Shown one piece after another: positions 21,138-31,470 of a DNA stretch of 64,000 nt. The notes under the pieces are model-generated. The model was given only the letters and a program-made list of their open reading frames with translations, was not told the origin of the DNA and did not search any database. Position numbers and translations under genes: made by a program. Each line of letters opens with the position of its first letter. Position 1 is the stretch's first letter. The DNA comes from a virus, in the IMG/VR virus record IMGVR_UViG_3300033145_000777, positions 1 through 64,000 of that record. One strand, 5' to 3'.

Positions 21138-22040
21138 ATGGCTGCAAGCAGGTTCGCCTCGATATTAGCAATGAGAGGTAAACCAGCTGTCATACGACGT
21201 CAAACTGGAACTGAACGAGACTACGGTTCTGATGCTGCTGGTTTCACTTGGACAGATTATCAAAAGACCCTAGTGTTTCAGCCCTCAAGAAGGAAGGGAA
21301 TCACAGAAGTCCTCTTGGATGCTGGAATAATCAAGATGGGAGACGGAAAAATATTCACCCTTGCATCAGACGACATACGGCCAGAAGATAGGGTAATTGT
21401 TGATGGTGGAGAGTACATGGTTCTACCCGGCTTTTCTCCTTGGGATGCTTTAGGGGGTACCCTCTTTCGTGCAGCTGATGTGAAACGGGTGTATGATTCA
21501 GTTTCAGCAACCTTCTCAGGAGTAACGAACATATTCACAGAGGACTTTGCAGATGTATTAGCTTGGACTGTTAAAACTGGTGTCTGGACTAACCCCGCTG
21601 GTGAATACAAGTGCGTCTCCGGGGTTGGTGTTGACGGTATCTCGGTAGCAGGTACGTTAACGTGGACTGACTACATAGCTCAGACAGATGGACGAGTAGA
21701 CGCAGGAGACATCGGTAAAGCAGGGCTCGTCTTCAGGTACTCTGGAGCAGGGGCAGACATCCTAGCATATAGCTTAATGATTGACCCCACCAACGACAAA
21801 GTCACACTTGAGCTCCTATCAGGAGCAACATGGACTACACTACTCGAAGCAGATATGAACATCGAGACTGATACAGACTACGAAATCAGAGTACATTGTT
21901 TCAGCCACTTCATTCTCTGCTTTGTTGGAGGCAACTTCATATTCAGTCTCTCTGAAGCAGAGATATTGGAAGGACAAATAGGTCTACGAAGTGAGGACGG
22001 GACAGCATTCTTTGACGATGTGGATATATGGACGGAGTAA
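21138..22040 (+). CDS. head-closure protein fused to a ConA-like/DUF1080-type beta-sandwich domain
   Basis: N-terminal IRPEDRVIVDGGEY; C-terminal WTDY, AGLVFRY, GQIGL, AFFDDV. Confidence 0.6.
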   Translation: MAASRFASILAMRGKPAVIRRQTGTERDYGSDAAGFTWTDYQKTLVFQPSRRKGITEVLLDAGIIKMGDGKIFTLASDDIRPEDRVIVDGGEYMVLPGFSPWDALGGTLFRAADVKRVYDSVSATFSGVTNIFTEDFADVLAWTVKTGVWTNPAGEYKCVSGVGVDGISVAGTLTWTDYIAQTDGRVDAGDIGKAGLVFRYSGAGADILAYSLMIDPTNDKVTLELLSGATWTTLLEADMNIETDTDYEIRVHCFSHFILCFVGGNFIFSLSEAEILEGQIGLRSEDGTAFFDDVDIWTE

Positions 22041-22046
22041 TGAACA

Positions 22047-22511
22047 ATGGTTAGCACCTTAGAAACTGTACTGGAAACCATAATCGCACAGCTCAAGGCA
22101 GACGTTGGAGTTATAGCAGTTCTACCCCCAGGAACAGGAGCAGAAATCCCTGTATTCCACGCCAGACAGAAACGTAAAGACGTCTTTCCACGGATCACAG
22201 TGATGGATATAGCAGTAAGAAGTGAGGTATCCGGGCTCGATGATGGTTTTGACGGAACTTACGTCTATCAATGGGAAAAAGCGTTGATTCAGATCGACTG
22301 CTACAGCTCAAGGGACTCAACTGAACGTGATAGGGTGTGGATGGCAGCTAAGACATGTCTGTTAAAGAGGGCTGTTAAGGTCACTCTTAGACGGGCTGGA
22401 ATAATCTATATTCACGAACCCATGTCAATTAATGTGGATTCACTTCAAGCAGCCCCGGCTGAGTATAGAAAAATGATGACTTATTCGGTGTTCTGGTTTA
22501 GTAGAGCATAG
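22047..22511 (+). CDS. tail terminator
   Basis: FPRITV, IQIDCYS; position just before the tail tube gene. Confidence 0.65.
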   Translation: MVSTLETVLETIIAQLKADVGVIAVLPPGTGAEIPVFHARQKRKDVFPRITVMDIAVRSEVSGLDDGFDGTYVYQWEKALIQIDCYSSRDSTERDRVWMAAKTCLLKRAVKVTLRRAGIIYIHEPMSINVDSLQAAPAEYRKMMTYSVFWFSRA

Positions 22512-22558
22512 CCTTAAATGTTCTCTTAATCATATTCAAGATTAGAGGTTAATTATAG

Positions 22559-22987
22559 ATGGCAGAGATTTACGTGGGCAAAGACGTCACTGTTGAAATC
22601 TGGAACGCCGGTGAAACCGAACAATTCACAGTTACTGTTGCTCAGGAAGTAATATTCAACCCTGCCCAAGCTATCGAAGGCATTGACGGGCTAGGAAGCG
22701 ACCTAATACAAGTGTGGGCTGCTGGCCTGAAAACTTTTGAAGGGACATTGTCTCAGCTAATGGTTGACGCAAGCAACCAGCTTTGGCTACTTGCCCCATT
22801 CCAAACATGCCTTACAGAATACGTTATGAAACTCATTTGGGATGATACCTGTGTACCAGTGCAGACGATCACGATAACGCTTACGGGAGTAATCTTCCCA
22901 AGGGGTGCAATTCCTTCCCCGAAGAACGCAGCGGTCATCCTCGAAATGCCGTTCAGGGCTAAGAATGCAACCATCGTAACAACTTAG
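22559..22987 (+). CDS. major tail tube protein
   Basis: YVGKDV, GLKTFEGTL, ITLTGV; synteny. Confidence 0.65.
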   Translation: MAEIYVGKDVTVEIWNAGETEQFTVTVAQEVIFNPAQAIEGIDGLGSDLIQVWAAGLKTFEGTLSQLMVDASNQLWLLAPFQTCLTEYVMKLIWDDTCVPVQTITITLTGVIFPRGAIPSPKNAAVILEMPFRAKNATIVTT

Positions 22988-23000
22988 GCTTGGTGAATCA

Positions 23001-23450
23001 ATGGGGAAAATAACAAGAGCTATGGTGCTGCAAGGCACTGAACTCCGTCACGTTGTTGACATTCCACAATGGAATAAAGAGGCAACTCTCACCGTTAAAC
23101 CTATCACCGATGGTCAGTTCATGGAGATACAGGCTAAGATGTTCGAAGGCGTCGAGCTTGGTGAAGACAATGAACCATTCAAAGGCATGACCATGACTGA
23201 GATTTCTCAAAGAGAGAAAAATGTCAGGAGACAAGCCGTAGCATTCGCATTATCAATAGATGGTGAGGAATGGGCACCAGAAGATGTAGCTCTCCTACCT
23301 CCAGGTGCAGTTGATGCCCTGTATAATGATGTCGCTCTGATTTCGGGTTTTCCAAAGGGGCGTCGAGCCCAGGCTCCGCCTTTAGAGGAATTGGACGAGG
23401 TGGAACAACTGGAGCCTTCAGAGGAACCGGAGTCTCTGCTGACGAAATAA
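23001..23450 (+). CDS. tail assembly chaperone (G-like)
   Basis: Lies between tube and tape measure genes; contains slippery G GGT TTT at 23345..23351. Confidence 0.7.
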   Translation: MGKITRAMVLQGTELRHVVDIPQWNKEATLTVKPITDGQFMEIQAKMFEGVELGEDNEPFKGMTMTEISQREKNVRRQAVAFALSIDGEEWAPEDVALLPPGAVDALYNDVALISGFPKGRRAQAPPLEELDEVEQLEPSEEPESLLTK

Positions 23451-23740
23451 CCACTTTCCTTAACATTTATGGCTATGGTCTGCATATTCTACATCAGAGA
23501 GGATACAAGCTAATCACTGGTAGAATCTTAGATATGACACCCTTACAAAGCAGAGTGATAATAGCACTAGGCAGGTGGGTGTTAGGACAAGTCTCAGAAC
23601 CTTCAAAGCAGGAAAGTGAGATGACTGATGATGAGAAATACGCCAAACGAATCAGGGAAAAATGGACTGCAGGTAAAAGAGTGTCCACTTTCGGAGACCT
23701 CGCGCGTGTTCTCAGACCAACACCGAAGAAGAAAAGGTGA
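23345..23740 (+). CDS. -1 frameshift extension of the tail chaperone (GT-like)
   Basis: The -1 frame is open from 23330 to TGA 23740 and includes the 23534..23740 ORF. Confidence 0.65.
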   Translation, partial: GFSKGASSPGSAFRGIGRGGTTGAFRGTGVSADEITTFLNIYGYGLHILHQRGYKLITGRILDMTPLQSRVIIALGRWVLGQVSEPSKQESEMTDDEKYAKRIREKWTAGKRVSTFGDLARVLRPTPKKKR

Positions 23741-24118
23741 GTGTGTTTGGCTACTGTAACACTTTCCGGGTTCAACGTTTTCACACAGTATCTAGGTAAA
23801 CTACAAGATTCACTTGATAGCATTGCAGCTGCTGCTGTTAGAGAGGTTGCTGAGAGTATTCGTGATGATGCAAAGGAATGGGTAAGAGTTGATACTGGTA
23901 GCCTAAGAAAGAGCATCAGGGTTCAAAACCGCAGACTCTCAGGAGGGTTTCACACCATCGGAGTATCAGCTGGTGGGTACGTCACAAACCCAAAAACAGG
24001 AAGAAAGGTAGACTATGCCTTATATGTAGAGGCAGACTATCCATTCTTGAGACCTGCTGTGATGGCACATGCAATGGACTTAGTTGCCGCAATGAAATGG
24101 AGGATGAGCAATGTCTGA
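23741..24118 (+). CDS. HK97 gp10-like tail completion protein
   Basis: RVDTGSLRKSI, YALYVE, PFLRPA. Confidence 0.8.
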   Translation: MCLATVTLSGFNVFTQYLGKLQDSLDSIAAAAVREVAESIRDDAKEWVRVDTGSLRKSIRVQNRRLSGGFHTIGVSAGGYVTNPKTGRKVDYALYVEADYPFLRPAVMAHAMDLVAAMKWRMSNV

Positions 24119-27100
24119 AGTATTTAGTATTGTAGCATACGTTAAAGCCCGTGTAGATGAGGCTAAGAGGGATTTTGCAACATTTCAAAAATCAGTTGAC
24201 GACAGCAAACAAAGCCTAGATAATTTGGGAACAGCAGGTGACGTTGCAGCTGGGATCCTCATTCAACAATTCAGTCAGAACGTAGTCAGGGCATTCGAGA
24301 CATTTGGAAGAGTCACTGTAGACTCGTTTGCAGATTTTGAGACAGCAACTGCACGTATCATAGCCACAACTGGAGCAACAGGAGATGAGCTGATAGAGCT
24401 CACAAGCATTATTGAAGAATCGGCTATGACACTTGGAACCGATTTCGGTGTAGGTGCAGCAAGTGCAATGAGTGGGCTTGAGTCTTTGGTTAAGGCAGGA
24501 TTAGACCCAGCAACTGAAGCAACCCAAGCACTGGAAGGAGTCTTACAACTAGCCACGATTGAGCAGATGAACACAGCATCTGCCGCTAACATGGTTATAG
24601 CTGCAATGACTCAGTATGGTCTAAAGGCAAAGGATACCACCAGAATAGTTGACGGGTTCGTTCAAGCATCAGCAGCTGGAATTGACACTGCAGCAGGATA
24701 TGCTAGTGGTCTCGCAAACGTAGGAGCAACGGCAGCCTCAATGGGGTTCAGCATGGAAGAGACATTGGCTACCCTAGTCCAAATAGACGCTTCCCAGAAA
24801 GATGCACGAAGATCAGGAACATTCCTTAACAGGATGCTTATTGACCTAGCATCCAAATCAAAAGACGCAGGACTGGAAATCTACAACGCAGACGGCTCAA
24901 TGCGATCTATGGATGATATTATCACTGAGCTAAGGGTCAAGATTCAAGGATTCGGCAACGATCAAGCAGCAGTAAACGAATGGCTAGGACAATTCCAGTC
25001 ACTCTCACAGAGAGCCATACTCTCCCTAGTAAACTACGATGGAACAATAGAAGACACCCAGATCAAACTCCAAGGTATGTCAGGTGCCCAGGAAACAGCT
25101 AACGTAATTCTAGACACCTACGCTGGTCGCCTTGCTGTAGCTGATGCAAAACAGGAAAGTGCAGCTATTGGGATGGGTGAAGTAACCTCTGAATTGAGTA
25201 TAATGAGTGCAGAGTTCATGGCGTCCCTTGGACCCGTAGGTCTCTTAGCAGACTCCCTTGGCCCACCTATGCTTAGTGGAGCAATGCAGGGCGTTACAAT
25301 GGTCTTCGTTCCACAGCTGATTAAAACCCTCGGGCAAATGGTAGCCCAGATGGGTTTAGCAACAACCGCATCCACCATCCTTGGAGGTGCAATGAACATC
25401 ATGACAGGTCCCATAGGGTGGATTACCCTTGCGGTGGGAGCCCTAGCTTTGGCTTGGAGTAATGATTGGGGAGGCATACAGGAAAAGACAGGTGCTGTGA
25501 TTGACTTCATTATGGAGAAGATTGCTTGGGTCACTGATGGGATCTCTTGGTTTGGAGACTCTGTTAGAGGAATACTCAAATGGGTTGGAGATGGATGGAC
25601 GGCATTAAATGACACTATCGGTGAGCAACTAGGTAGTCAAGTCGTACTTGTTGAATCAGCTCTTGACGATGAGCTGAATGCAATAGAAGATAGCTATGCT
25701 GACCAGGTTAGTTTAATCAAAGAATCCTATGTAGAAAGACTATCAGATATAGATGCAGCATTAGCGGGTCAACTCAACGTCTCTGAGTCACACTATGAGG
25801 ACTTGAAGAGACTGGCAGAAGAAGCTCATGAAACAGCGTTAACTGATTTACAGGAGCATTGGGTAGACCAGATTGATGAAACAGCTGAAGGCTGGGAAAG
25901 CGTAGTTGAGGAATACGAGAGCCATTACGCTGATATAATTAATGAAACAACCGAAAGCTATAGCAACCTGCTTTCTGAAACCGAGACATTCTATGATGAT
26001 ATGCTTGCAGAGCAGAATGCGTTCCTAGTTGCAATAAGGGAAGGTCGAAACCGTGATCTTGATGACCTTGAACTCAATTTCCTGTTAGAAAAGAAGAAAC
26101 TCGAAAACCAGCTTGAAAAGAAGAAAATCTCAAAATTCGAATATGAGAAAGATATGGAGAAGCTGGAGAAAGACTACCGGGAGAAGAGGGCAGAAATCAG
26201 GGATGATTACCGCATACAGGAACTGCAGGCGGAAGAAACCTTCAGGACTGAGGAGGAACGCATTAACTCTGAGAGAGCCGATGCCCTTGAAACCATTGAA
26301 AAGGATAAGGCAGATGAGTTAGAGCGTATCAACGAAGAACAGAACGCAGCCATTCAACTGATTAGAGACGCGGAAGCCGAGCTTGCAGAGCAACATGCAA
26401 AGGAGTTAGAACAGCTTGCACTAGATCATGCAGCTGAACAAGCCCTAATTACATTAGAGGCTAATCGAGAACAGCAAAGGCTCACATTAGCGAACCAAGA
26501 AACACTCAAGAGGTTAGAAACAAAGCTTTACACCGACCTCGAAACAGCTGAGGAGGAGCATAAAACAGTTGTCACTGACACATGGACGGACATGTGGGAT
26601 GACCAGATGCAAACAACTAGAGACGCCACTAATGACATTGAAACAAACGTAGCTAACATGGATTCAGCCCTAGCCACCTCGATAGAAGGTCTTAGAGATT
26701 GGGCTTCAGACGTCGTTGATGCAGCAAAAAGTGCATATAATAAGGCTAAGGATTGGTGGGACAAAATCTCACGCGGAAATAAAAGCAGTGGAGGCGGCGG
26801 AGGCTCGCGTGATGGAGATGACACCGTAGTTACTGCCCCTGATCTTGATGCTGGAGACACATCACCTTCCACAGAAGGACCATGGGGTGGTAGCGAAAGA
26901 TTTGCGCTTGCCGAGGGCTTTGAGGGATGGGTTGATAAACCCACTAACTTCCTTGCAGGTGAGGCAGGACCCGAATACGTAAGCGTCACGCCCTCAGGAG
27001 CTTCCCGCCAGATTGCTGGCAAGACCACGATCATACATGGTCCTCTTCTTACCATTGAAGGAAGTGCTGATGAGAAGACAGCCAAGCTCGCAGCTAAACT

Positions 27101-27128
27101 TATTATGAGTGAACTGAGGAAATATTGA
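24111..27128 (+). CDS. tail tape measure protein (TP901-type core)
   Basis: 1005 aa, Ala-rich helical; IYNADGSMRSM, GPIGWI, coiled coil, LAGEAGPEYV. Confidence 0.9.
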   Translation: MSEVFSIVAYVKARVDEAKRDFATFQKSVDDSKQSLDNLGTAGDVAAGILIQQFSQNVVRAFETFGRVTVDSFADFETATARIIATTGATGDELIELTSIIEESAMTLGTDFGVGAASAMSGLESLVKAGLDPATEATQALEGVLQLATIEQMNTASAANMVIAAMTQYGLKAKDTTRIVDGFVQASAAGIDTAAGYASGLANVGATAASMGFSMEETLATLVQIDASQKDARRSGTFLNRMLIDLASKSKDAGLEIYNADGSMRSMDDIITELRVKIQGFGNDQAAVNEWLGQFQSLSQRAILSLVNYDGTIEDTQIKLQGMSGAQETANVILDTYAGRLAVADAKQESAAIGMGEVTSELSIMSAEFMASLGPVGLLADSLGPPMLSGAMQGVTMVFVPQLIKTLGQMVAQMGLATTASTILGGAMNIMTGPIGWITLAVGALALAWSNDWGGIQEKTGAVIDFIMEKIAWVTDGISWFGDSVRGILKWVGDGWTALNDTIGEQLGSQVVLVESALDDELNAIEDSYADQVSLIKESYVERLSDIDAALAGQLNVSESHYEDLKRLAEEAHETALTDLQEHWVDQIDETAEGWESVVEEYESHYADIINETTESYSNLLSETETFYDDMLAEQNAFLVAIREGRNRDLDDLELNFLLEKKKLENQLEKKKISKFEYEKDMEKLEKDYREKRAEIRDDYRIQELQAEETFRTEEERINSERADALETIEKDKADELERINEEQNAAIQLIRDAEAELAEQHAKELEQLALDHAAEQALITLEANREQQRLTLANQETLKRLETKLYTDLETAEEEHKTVVTDTWTDMWDDQMQTTRDATNDIETNVANMDSALATSIEGLRDWASDVVDAAKSAYNKAKDWWDKISRGNKSSGGGGGSRDGDDTVVTAPDLDAGDTSPSTEGPWGGSERFALAEGFEGWVDKPTNFLAGEAGPEYVSVTPSGASRQIAGKTTIIHGPLLTIEGSADEKTAKLAAKLIMSELRKY

Positions 27129-27200
27129 TACATAGATATTCTTGGAATCGTAAACCATATAGCATCCACCTGCATCTATATTTTAAGAGGATAATCTGTT

Positions 27201-28817
27201 ATGGGGTTTCCAGTAGGTCAACCAATATCAGTTAGGTATCATCACGGAACATCAGGAGTAACGCTTCTATGTAGAATAGCCGATGAATCAGACGGCGTGT
27301 TTGGGGCTGAACTCACTATGACTGAGAACGCCGCTTTCCTGGCTGCCGGGTGGCCAGGAGTATATGAGACCATTTTCACACCTGATGCGGTGGGTAACTG
27401 GAAGGCGTACCTCAAATACGGTCCATACCGGATAGGTCAGCAATTCTTCCGGGTTGGGGAAGGTGATGGTTTACCTTTCACAGCGACAGCGAGTAGCACA
27501 ACGACCCTGACGGATGCAGACCTACTTGATGTTGCGAATAACTACATTGGTCAGTACGCGGTTCCCCTCAGCGGGAACATGGCTGGGCAGGGCAGACTCA
27601 TCACCGAGTATAACGATACAAACATGATCACTGTCTCACCTGCTTGGGCGGAAGACCCCGGCTCAGTGGACTTTGAGATAAGACCCACCCCATTAGGGTC
27701 ACTGCTTGGTGTTACACCCGGTTCTTGGTATGATGGGACGGCGCAGCAAAGCCTCGCAGATATGCCTGTCGTACAAGTTACCATGACGGTGCAGAAGGAA
27801 TCAAGAGTAGATCAAGCAAGTATGGTTGTAGCAACTTTGTCTCTCCACAACCTTAGAACTGATTCAGATAAAATACTGCAACCTGAATACTCAGGGTTTG
27901 TTATTTACATCCAACGTTTCAGACCAGGAACTGATGCAGATTGGACTAACGTAGTTGCAGGAGGTGCATTAACTGGGGTTGCAGGATACGCTTATTATGA
28001 TTATCACTTCCCTACCGCTAGTTGGAAGGATGGAGATTTAATCAGATATGCAATACAAGACGGTCAAATAGAAATTCCTGCTGGAAGTGGACAAACATTC
28101 TTTGTACCATATTTATTCGATTACGGTGTAATCGGTGGAACCAGCGCTCTTATTGAGATGAGTGGGCATCCTTTCCTCGGGGAATCAGATGATGCCACGG
28201 TTAACACCCTTACCTGTGCGGAGCTTACGGCTACTGCGGAGATGTATGTGGGTCAGATGCTTGTCCCGTTGGATGGTGCCTGTGTGCAGCAGGGACGGCT
28301 GATAATTGACTTCGATGAAACCACCGATGTTTTAACGGTGATGCCTGATTGGCCCAGTGACCCTGATGCAGTAGATGATATACGGTTCACGATTATTCCC
28401 TCCCCGGTTAACGCCCTTATGGTAGCGGGTAAAGGACTTGAAGCAATCTTTGACATCGTTGACGACGTACCTGTTCTTGTCAGAGTAGGTGGGATTCATG
28501 ATCAAAGTGACGCTGCGGGCACAGAGGATGATCTTGTTAAATATGATGCTCCTGGAGGGAACTGGAACCCAACCAAGTTCCTCATCGATCTCACAGAGAT
28601 GGCGGCTGTTGATGACTTGGATGTAAAGGTGTACTACCGCATGACTGCGTTGGGTAACTATATCTTGGAGACCGATGAGAACTTCATTAACGCACAAACC
28701 ATAGACTGCAAAGTGTTCGATCTGCAACCTAACAGGTTCGGCATGAAGATTACGACTACTCAAAACGCGGGAGTGGCAAGGGATTGGGATTGGGAAATGT
28801 ACTCGGAGGAATCATAG
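27201..28817 (+). CDS. virion structural protein with a duplicated internal domain
   Basis: Two copies of TLT...Y(I/V)GQ..VPL.G...QGRLI......TV.P.W..DP; acidic, beta-rich. Confidence 0.6.
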   Translation: MGFPVGQPISVRYHHGTSGVTLLCRIADESDGVFGAELTMTENAAFLAAGWPGVYETIFTPDAVGNWKAYLKYGPYRIGQQFFRVGEGDGLPFTATASSTTTLTDADLLDVANNYIGQYAVPLSGNMAGQGRLITEYNDTNMITVSPAWAEDPGSVDFEIRPTPLGSLLGVTPGSWYDGTAQQSLADMPVVQVTMTVQKESRVDQASMVVATLSLHNLRTDSDKILQPEYSGFVIYIQRFRPGTDADWTNVVAGGALTGVAGYAYYDYHFPTASWKDGDLIRYAIQDGQIEIPAGSGQTFFVPYLFDYGVIGGTSALIEMSGHPFLGESDDATVNTLTCAELTATAEMYVGQMLVPLDGACVQQGRLIIDFDETTDVLTVMPDWPSDPDAVDDIRFTIIPSPVNALMVAGKGLEAIFDIVDDVPVLVRVGGIHDQSDAAGTEDDLVKYDAPGGNWNPTKFLIDLTEMAAVDDLDVKVYYRMTALGNYILETDENFINAQTIDCKVFDLQPNRFGMKITTTQNAGVARDWDWEMYSEES

Positions 28818-29540
28818 ATGTCATCTTCAATAAGTAGACAGAACAAGAAACTGTTAAAACAACTTGCGCCAGGGGCTCACCGGGAGAAAGTTTACCCATA
28901 CGACACCCTCGGAGGCATAATTGTATGCGGGAACACGGTATGGGGTGACACCGTAAGCATTGTGCCAGTTGACGGCTTACTCGCTGGCTATGGATGGGAA
29001 GTGGGAGGTGACCCGTTACCATATCATATCGTAGGGTTTGACATAGTTAGTAAGTCTAACCCAACGGTTCAATATGTATTGAATTTTATCAGACTCGTTA
29101 AAACTAGTGCTCAAGTACTTAACGTAGACAGTGGCTTAGGTGAGGCACCTGCTGACCGTATCTACGTTCCACTCACCGGAGGCTTTGAGGTTGATGATTG
29201 GGTGTGGGTTGTTGCTGATGATGAACTCGGAGGAGAACTCAGCCAGATTGACTCCATTGATCCAGATAACTATCTGGACATGGATGGTGACCTCGCGGCT
29301 CTCTATGCAACAGCTGAGAACGCGGTGGTGTACCTCGTGAGGAGGCTCACTTATGAAGGACAGTATCGAAGTATCTGGACGAGTTTCAGTGCAGCTAGTA
29401 CAAAGGAAATGCAACATGTAACCCTCCACGCCGGTAGGGAGATGGAGGCAGGTGATGATTTGATTGCAAGGGGTATTAGCAGTGAAGCTGGTACGCCTGA
29501 GGTGTACGTCACTGTTGTATATGATGATCAAGCGGAGTAG
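28818..29540 (+). CDS. putative tail protein
   Basis: Position; acidic beta-rich composition. Confidence 0.5.
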   Translation: MSSSISRQNKKLLKQLAPGAHREKVYPYDTLGGIIVCGNTVWGDTVSIVPVDGLLAGYGWEVGGDPLPYHIVGFDIVSKSNPTVQYVLNFIRLVKTSAQVLNVDSGLGEAPADRIYVPLTGGFEVDDWVWVVADDELGGELSQIDSIDPDNYLDMDGDLAALYATAENAVVYLVRRLTYEGQYRSIWTSFSAASTKEMQHVTLHAGREMEAGDDLIARGISSEAGTPEVYVTVVYDDQAE

Positions 29541-29551
29541 GTGGTGAGAAG

Positions 29552-29797
29552 ATGAGTATAATAGATTTTAAACAGATCGCGGCGGAGGCACTCATTGTCA
29601 GTAAGGAGCTTCGGCGGCTTGGCACTGAGATGCGTGTGTTCTGCACCAAAGTTGTGAACATTGAGGCTGAGGATAAGGATGGGGTTGAGACTGTGTTGAA
29701 ACCCGAGGAGATGAAGACACGGTACATGGAGCTTCGGGCGCAGATTGCGGCGATTGAGTTCCCAACCAAAGTCACACCACCGGAGGTTGACCCATAA
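29552..29797 (+). CDS. hypothetical protein
   Basis: GGTG SD; coupled to the next gene. Confidence 0.5.
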   Translation: MSIIDFKQIAAEALIVSKELRRLGTEMRVFCTKVVNIEAEDKDGVETVLKPEEMKTRYMELRAQIAAIEFPTKVTPPEVDP

Positions 29798-31206
29798 TGG
29801 TGCTTGAAGAACATCTTGTCTGTGACCTCAGGATGAACGAAGGCAGCGGCACAGTCACCCGTGATCGGAGTGGGAATGATGCTAAGGGAACCTTCGGGGC
29901 AGGAGGCGAGGCTCCGTCATGGGCTGACGGAAAATGGGGTATAGGAAAAGCTCTATCCTTTGATGGTGGAGACATCCTCACAGTTAATGACTTAATCACA
30001 TTACTTGCTGCCGTGGAATCTGGGGCTATTGAGGCATGGGCGAAAATTGACACCGACGCAGGAGCCAATGAGACTATATTCAGCGTGTCAAGGAACGTAA
30101 ACGCCACTCTAACTGAACTACTAGTCCTATATAATACAGGTGGGGCTACCGATAACTTCATAATAGTGTTAAGAGTGGACGGGACAACTCAATGGTCGGC
30201 AGCGAGTGCCGTAGGTACTGTTGACCCGTATATTGGAGAATATGTTCACTTGGTTTTAACTCAAGATGGGATTGAGCCCACTTTGTCTATTAACGGGAAC
30301 TTATCTCCGTTGATTTTTAGTGATGAGACTGATAAAACAGCGTGGTTTAAGGCATTGATAACGGATGCCGCCAGCCCATCTGATGTGGCTACTGTTGGGG
30401 CGGTTATAAGAAATGGCGCCAAATCAATACACCTCACTGGTGATGTTCAGGTTCTCCGGGTCTATGATGCTGTGCCTTCTCCTCAGCAAGTTCGGGCGTT
30501 GTATGCGGAGGGACTCATTAAGCTCCGTGATGGTAGGGTGTTGGATATGCCTTTCAACGAAGGCTCAGGAACCGTGACAAGGGATAGAAGCCCATCAGAC
30601 ATTCAGGGTGTTTTGACTCCGGGGGCAGGAGGATGGGTAGAAGGAAGAAACGGGAGGCAGGCGATTGATTTCGATGGCGCCGATACTAGGGTGAATTGTG
30701 GGAATCCGTCCTCTGTTGACAACATCTTTGATGGTGGTGGTTCGCTTAGTGTGTGGATTAACCCAGACTCAGATGGAGAAGCAGGATCAGGGAGAATATT
30801 CGATAAACGAGATCCGGGGTGGCTATGTCTTGTCAAATCCGAAGCTGGTGGAAAAGTTGAGGTTAGGCTACATCAGGACTTTGATATAACTGACGGGGTG
30901 TGGGACACAACATTCCCAATAGTTGTGATTGGAGAAGACACCCATTTGGTGATAACTTACGACAGCATGGATGTTGGAAATGACCCGATTTTCTACATAA
31001 ACGGAGTGTCATACACTGTAGACAATGGAATAACAGAGACAACCACTCCCGAGGGTTCTAGTGCGGATGACAGCACAAAGAGCCTTGGATTAGGTGGGAG
31101 GACAACTGGAACTAATGTTTTCGATGGCAAAATCGACTCACCCCTTCTTTATAAAAGAATTCTTTCTCCAAGAGAAGTTCGTGAACTGTACGAGGCGACA
31201 AAGTAA
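29797..31206 (+). CDS. tandem LamG/ConA-like domain protein (putative adhesin)
   Basis: Two repeats of (M/F)NEGSGTVTRDRS...FDG...W...HLV.T...Y..(L)S..(Q/E)VR.LY. Confidence 0.85.
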   Translation: MVLEEHLVCDLRMNEGSGTVTRDRSGNDAKGTFGAGGEAPSWADGKWGIGKALSFDGGDILTVNDLITLLAAVESGAIEAWAKIDTDAGANETIFSVSRNVNATLTELLVLYNTGGATDNFIIVLRVDGTTQWSAASAVGTVDPYIGEYVHLVLTQDGIEPTLSINGNLSPLIFSDETDKTAWFKALITDAASPSDVATVGAVIRNGAKSIHLTGDVQVLRVYDAVPSPQQVRALYAEGLIKLRDGRVLDMPFNEGSGTVTRDRSPSDIQGVLTPGAGGWVEGRNGRQAIDFDGADTRVNCGNPSSVDNIFDGGGSLSVWINPDSDGEAGSGRIFDKRDPGWLCLVKSEAGGKVEVRLHQDFDITDGVWDTTFPIVVIGEDTHLVITYDSMDVGNDPIFYINGVSYTVDNGITETTTPEGSSADDSTKSLGLGGRTTGTNVFDGKIDSPLLYKRILSPREVRELYEATK

Positions 31207-31470
31207 TGAGTTTCTTTGATACGTTTATCGCACCAAAACCGCTTAAAGACCAGCAACGGATTGTAAACTGGCCACCGTCAATGGAGTTAGAGACTGTTAA
31301 GCACGATCAGGACTTAAGTATCCTGAAACATGATATAGTGTTGGTGATACCTGAATGACTTTAACAGTTCACATACGAGACGACGACCTTCAATGTTTGG
31401 AATAGGAAGAGAGTTCCGTGAGAGGTATGTGCAGAGATTAAATTCATAGTCAAAAAGGAGAAAAGAAACA

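Noticed and set aside
25600-26700. Separate repeat element in the tape measure C-terminal half
   Set aside because: Ordinary Glu-rich coiled-coil periodicity expected in tape measure proteins
22047-27128. Contractile (myovirus) tail
   Set aside because: No sheath-sized gene or baseplate J-like gene is recognisable
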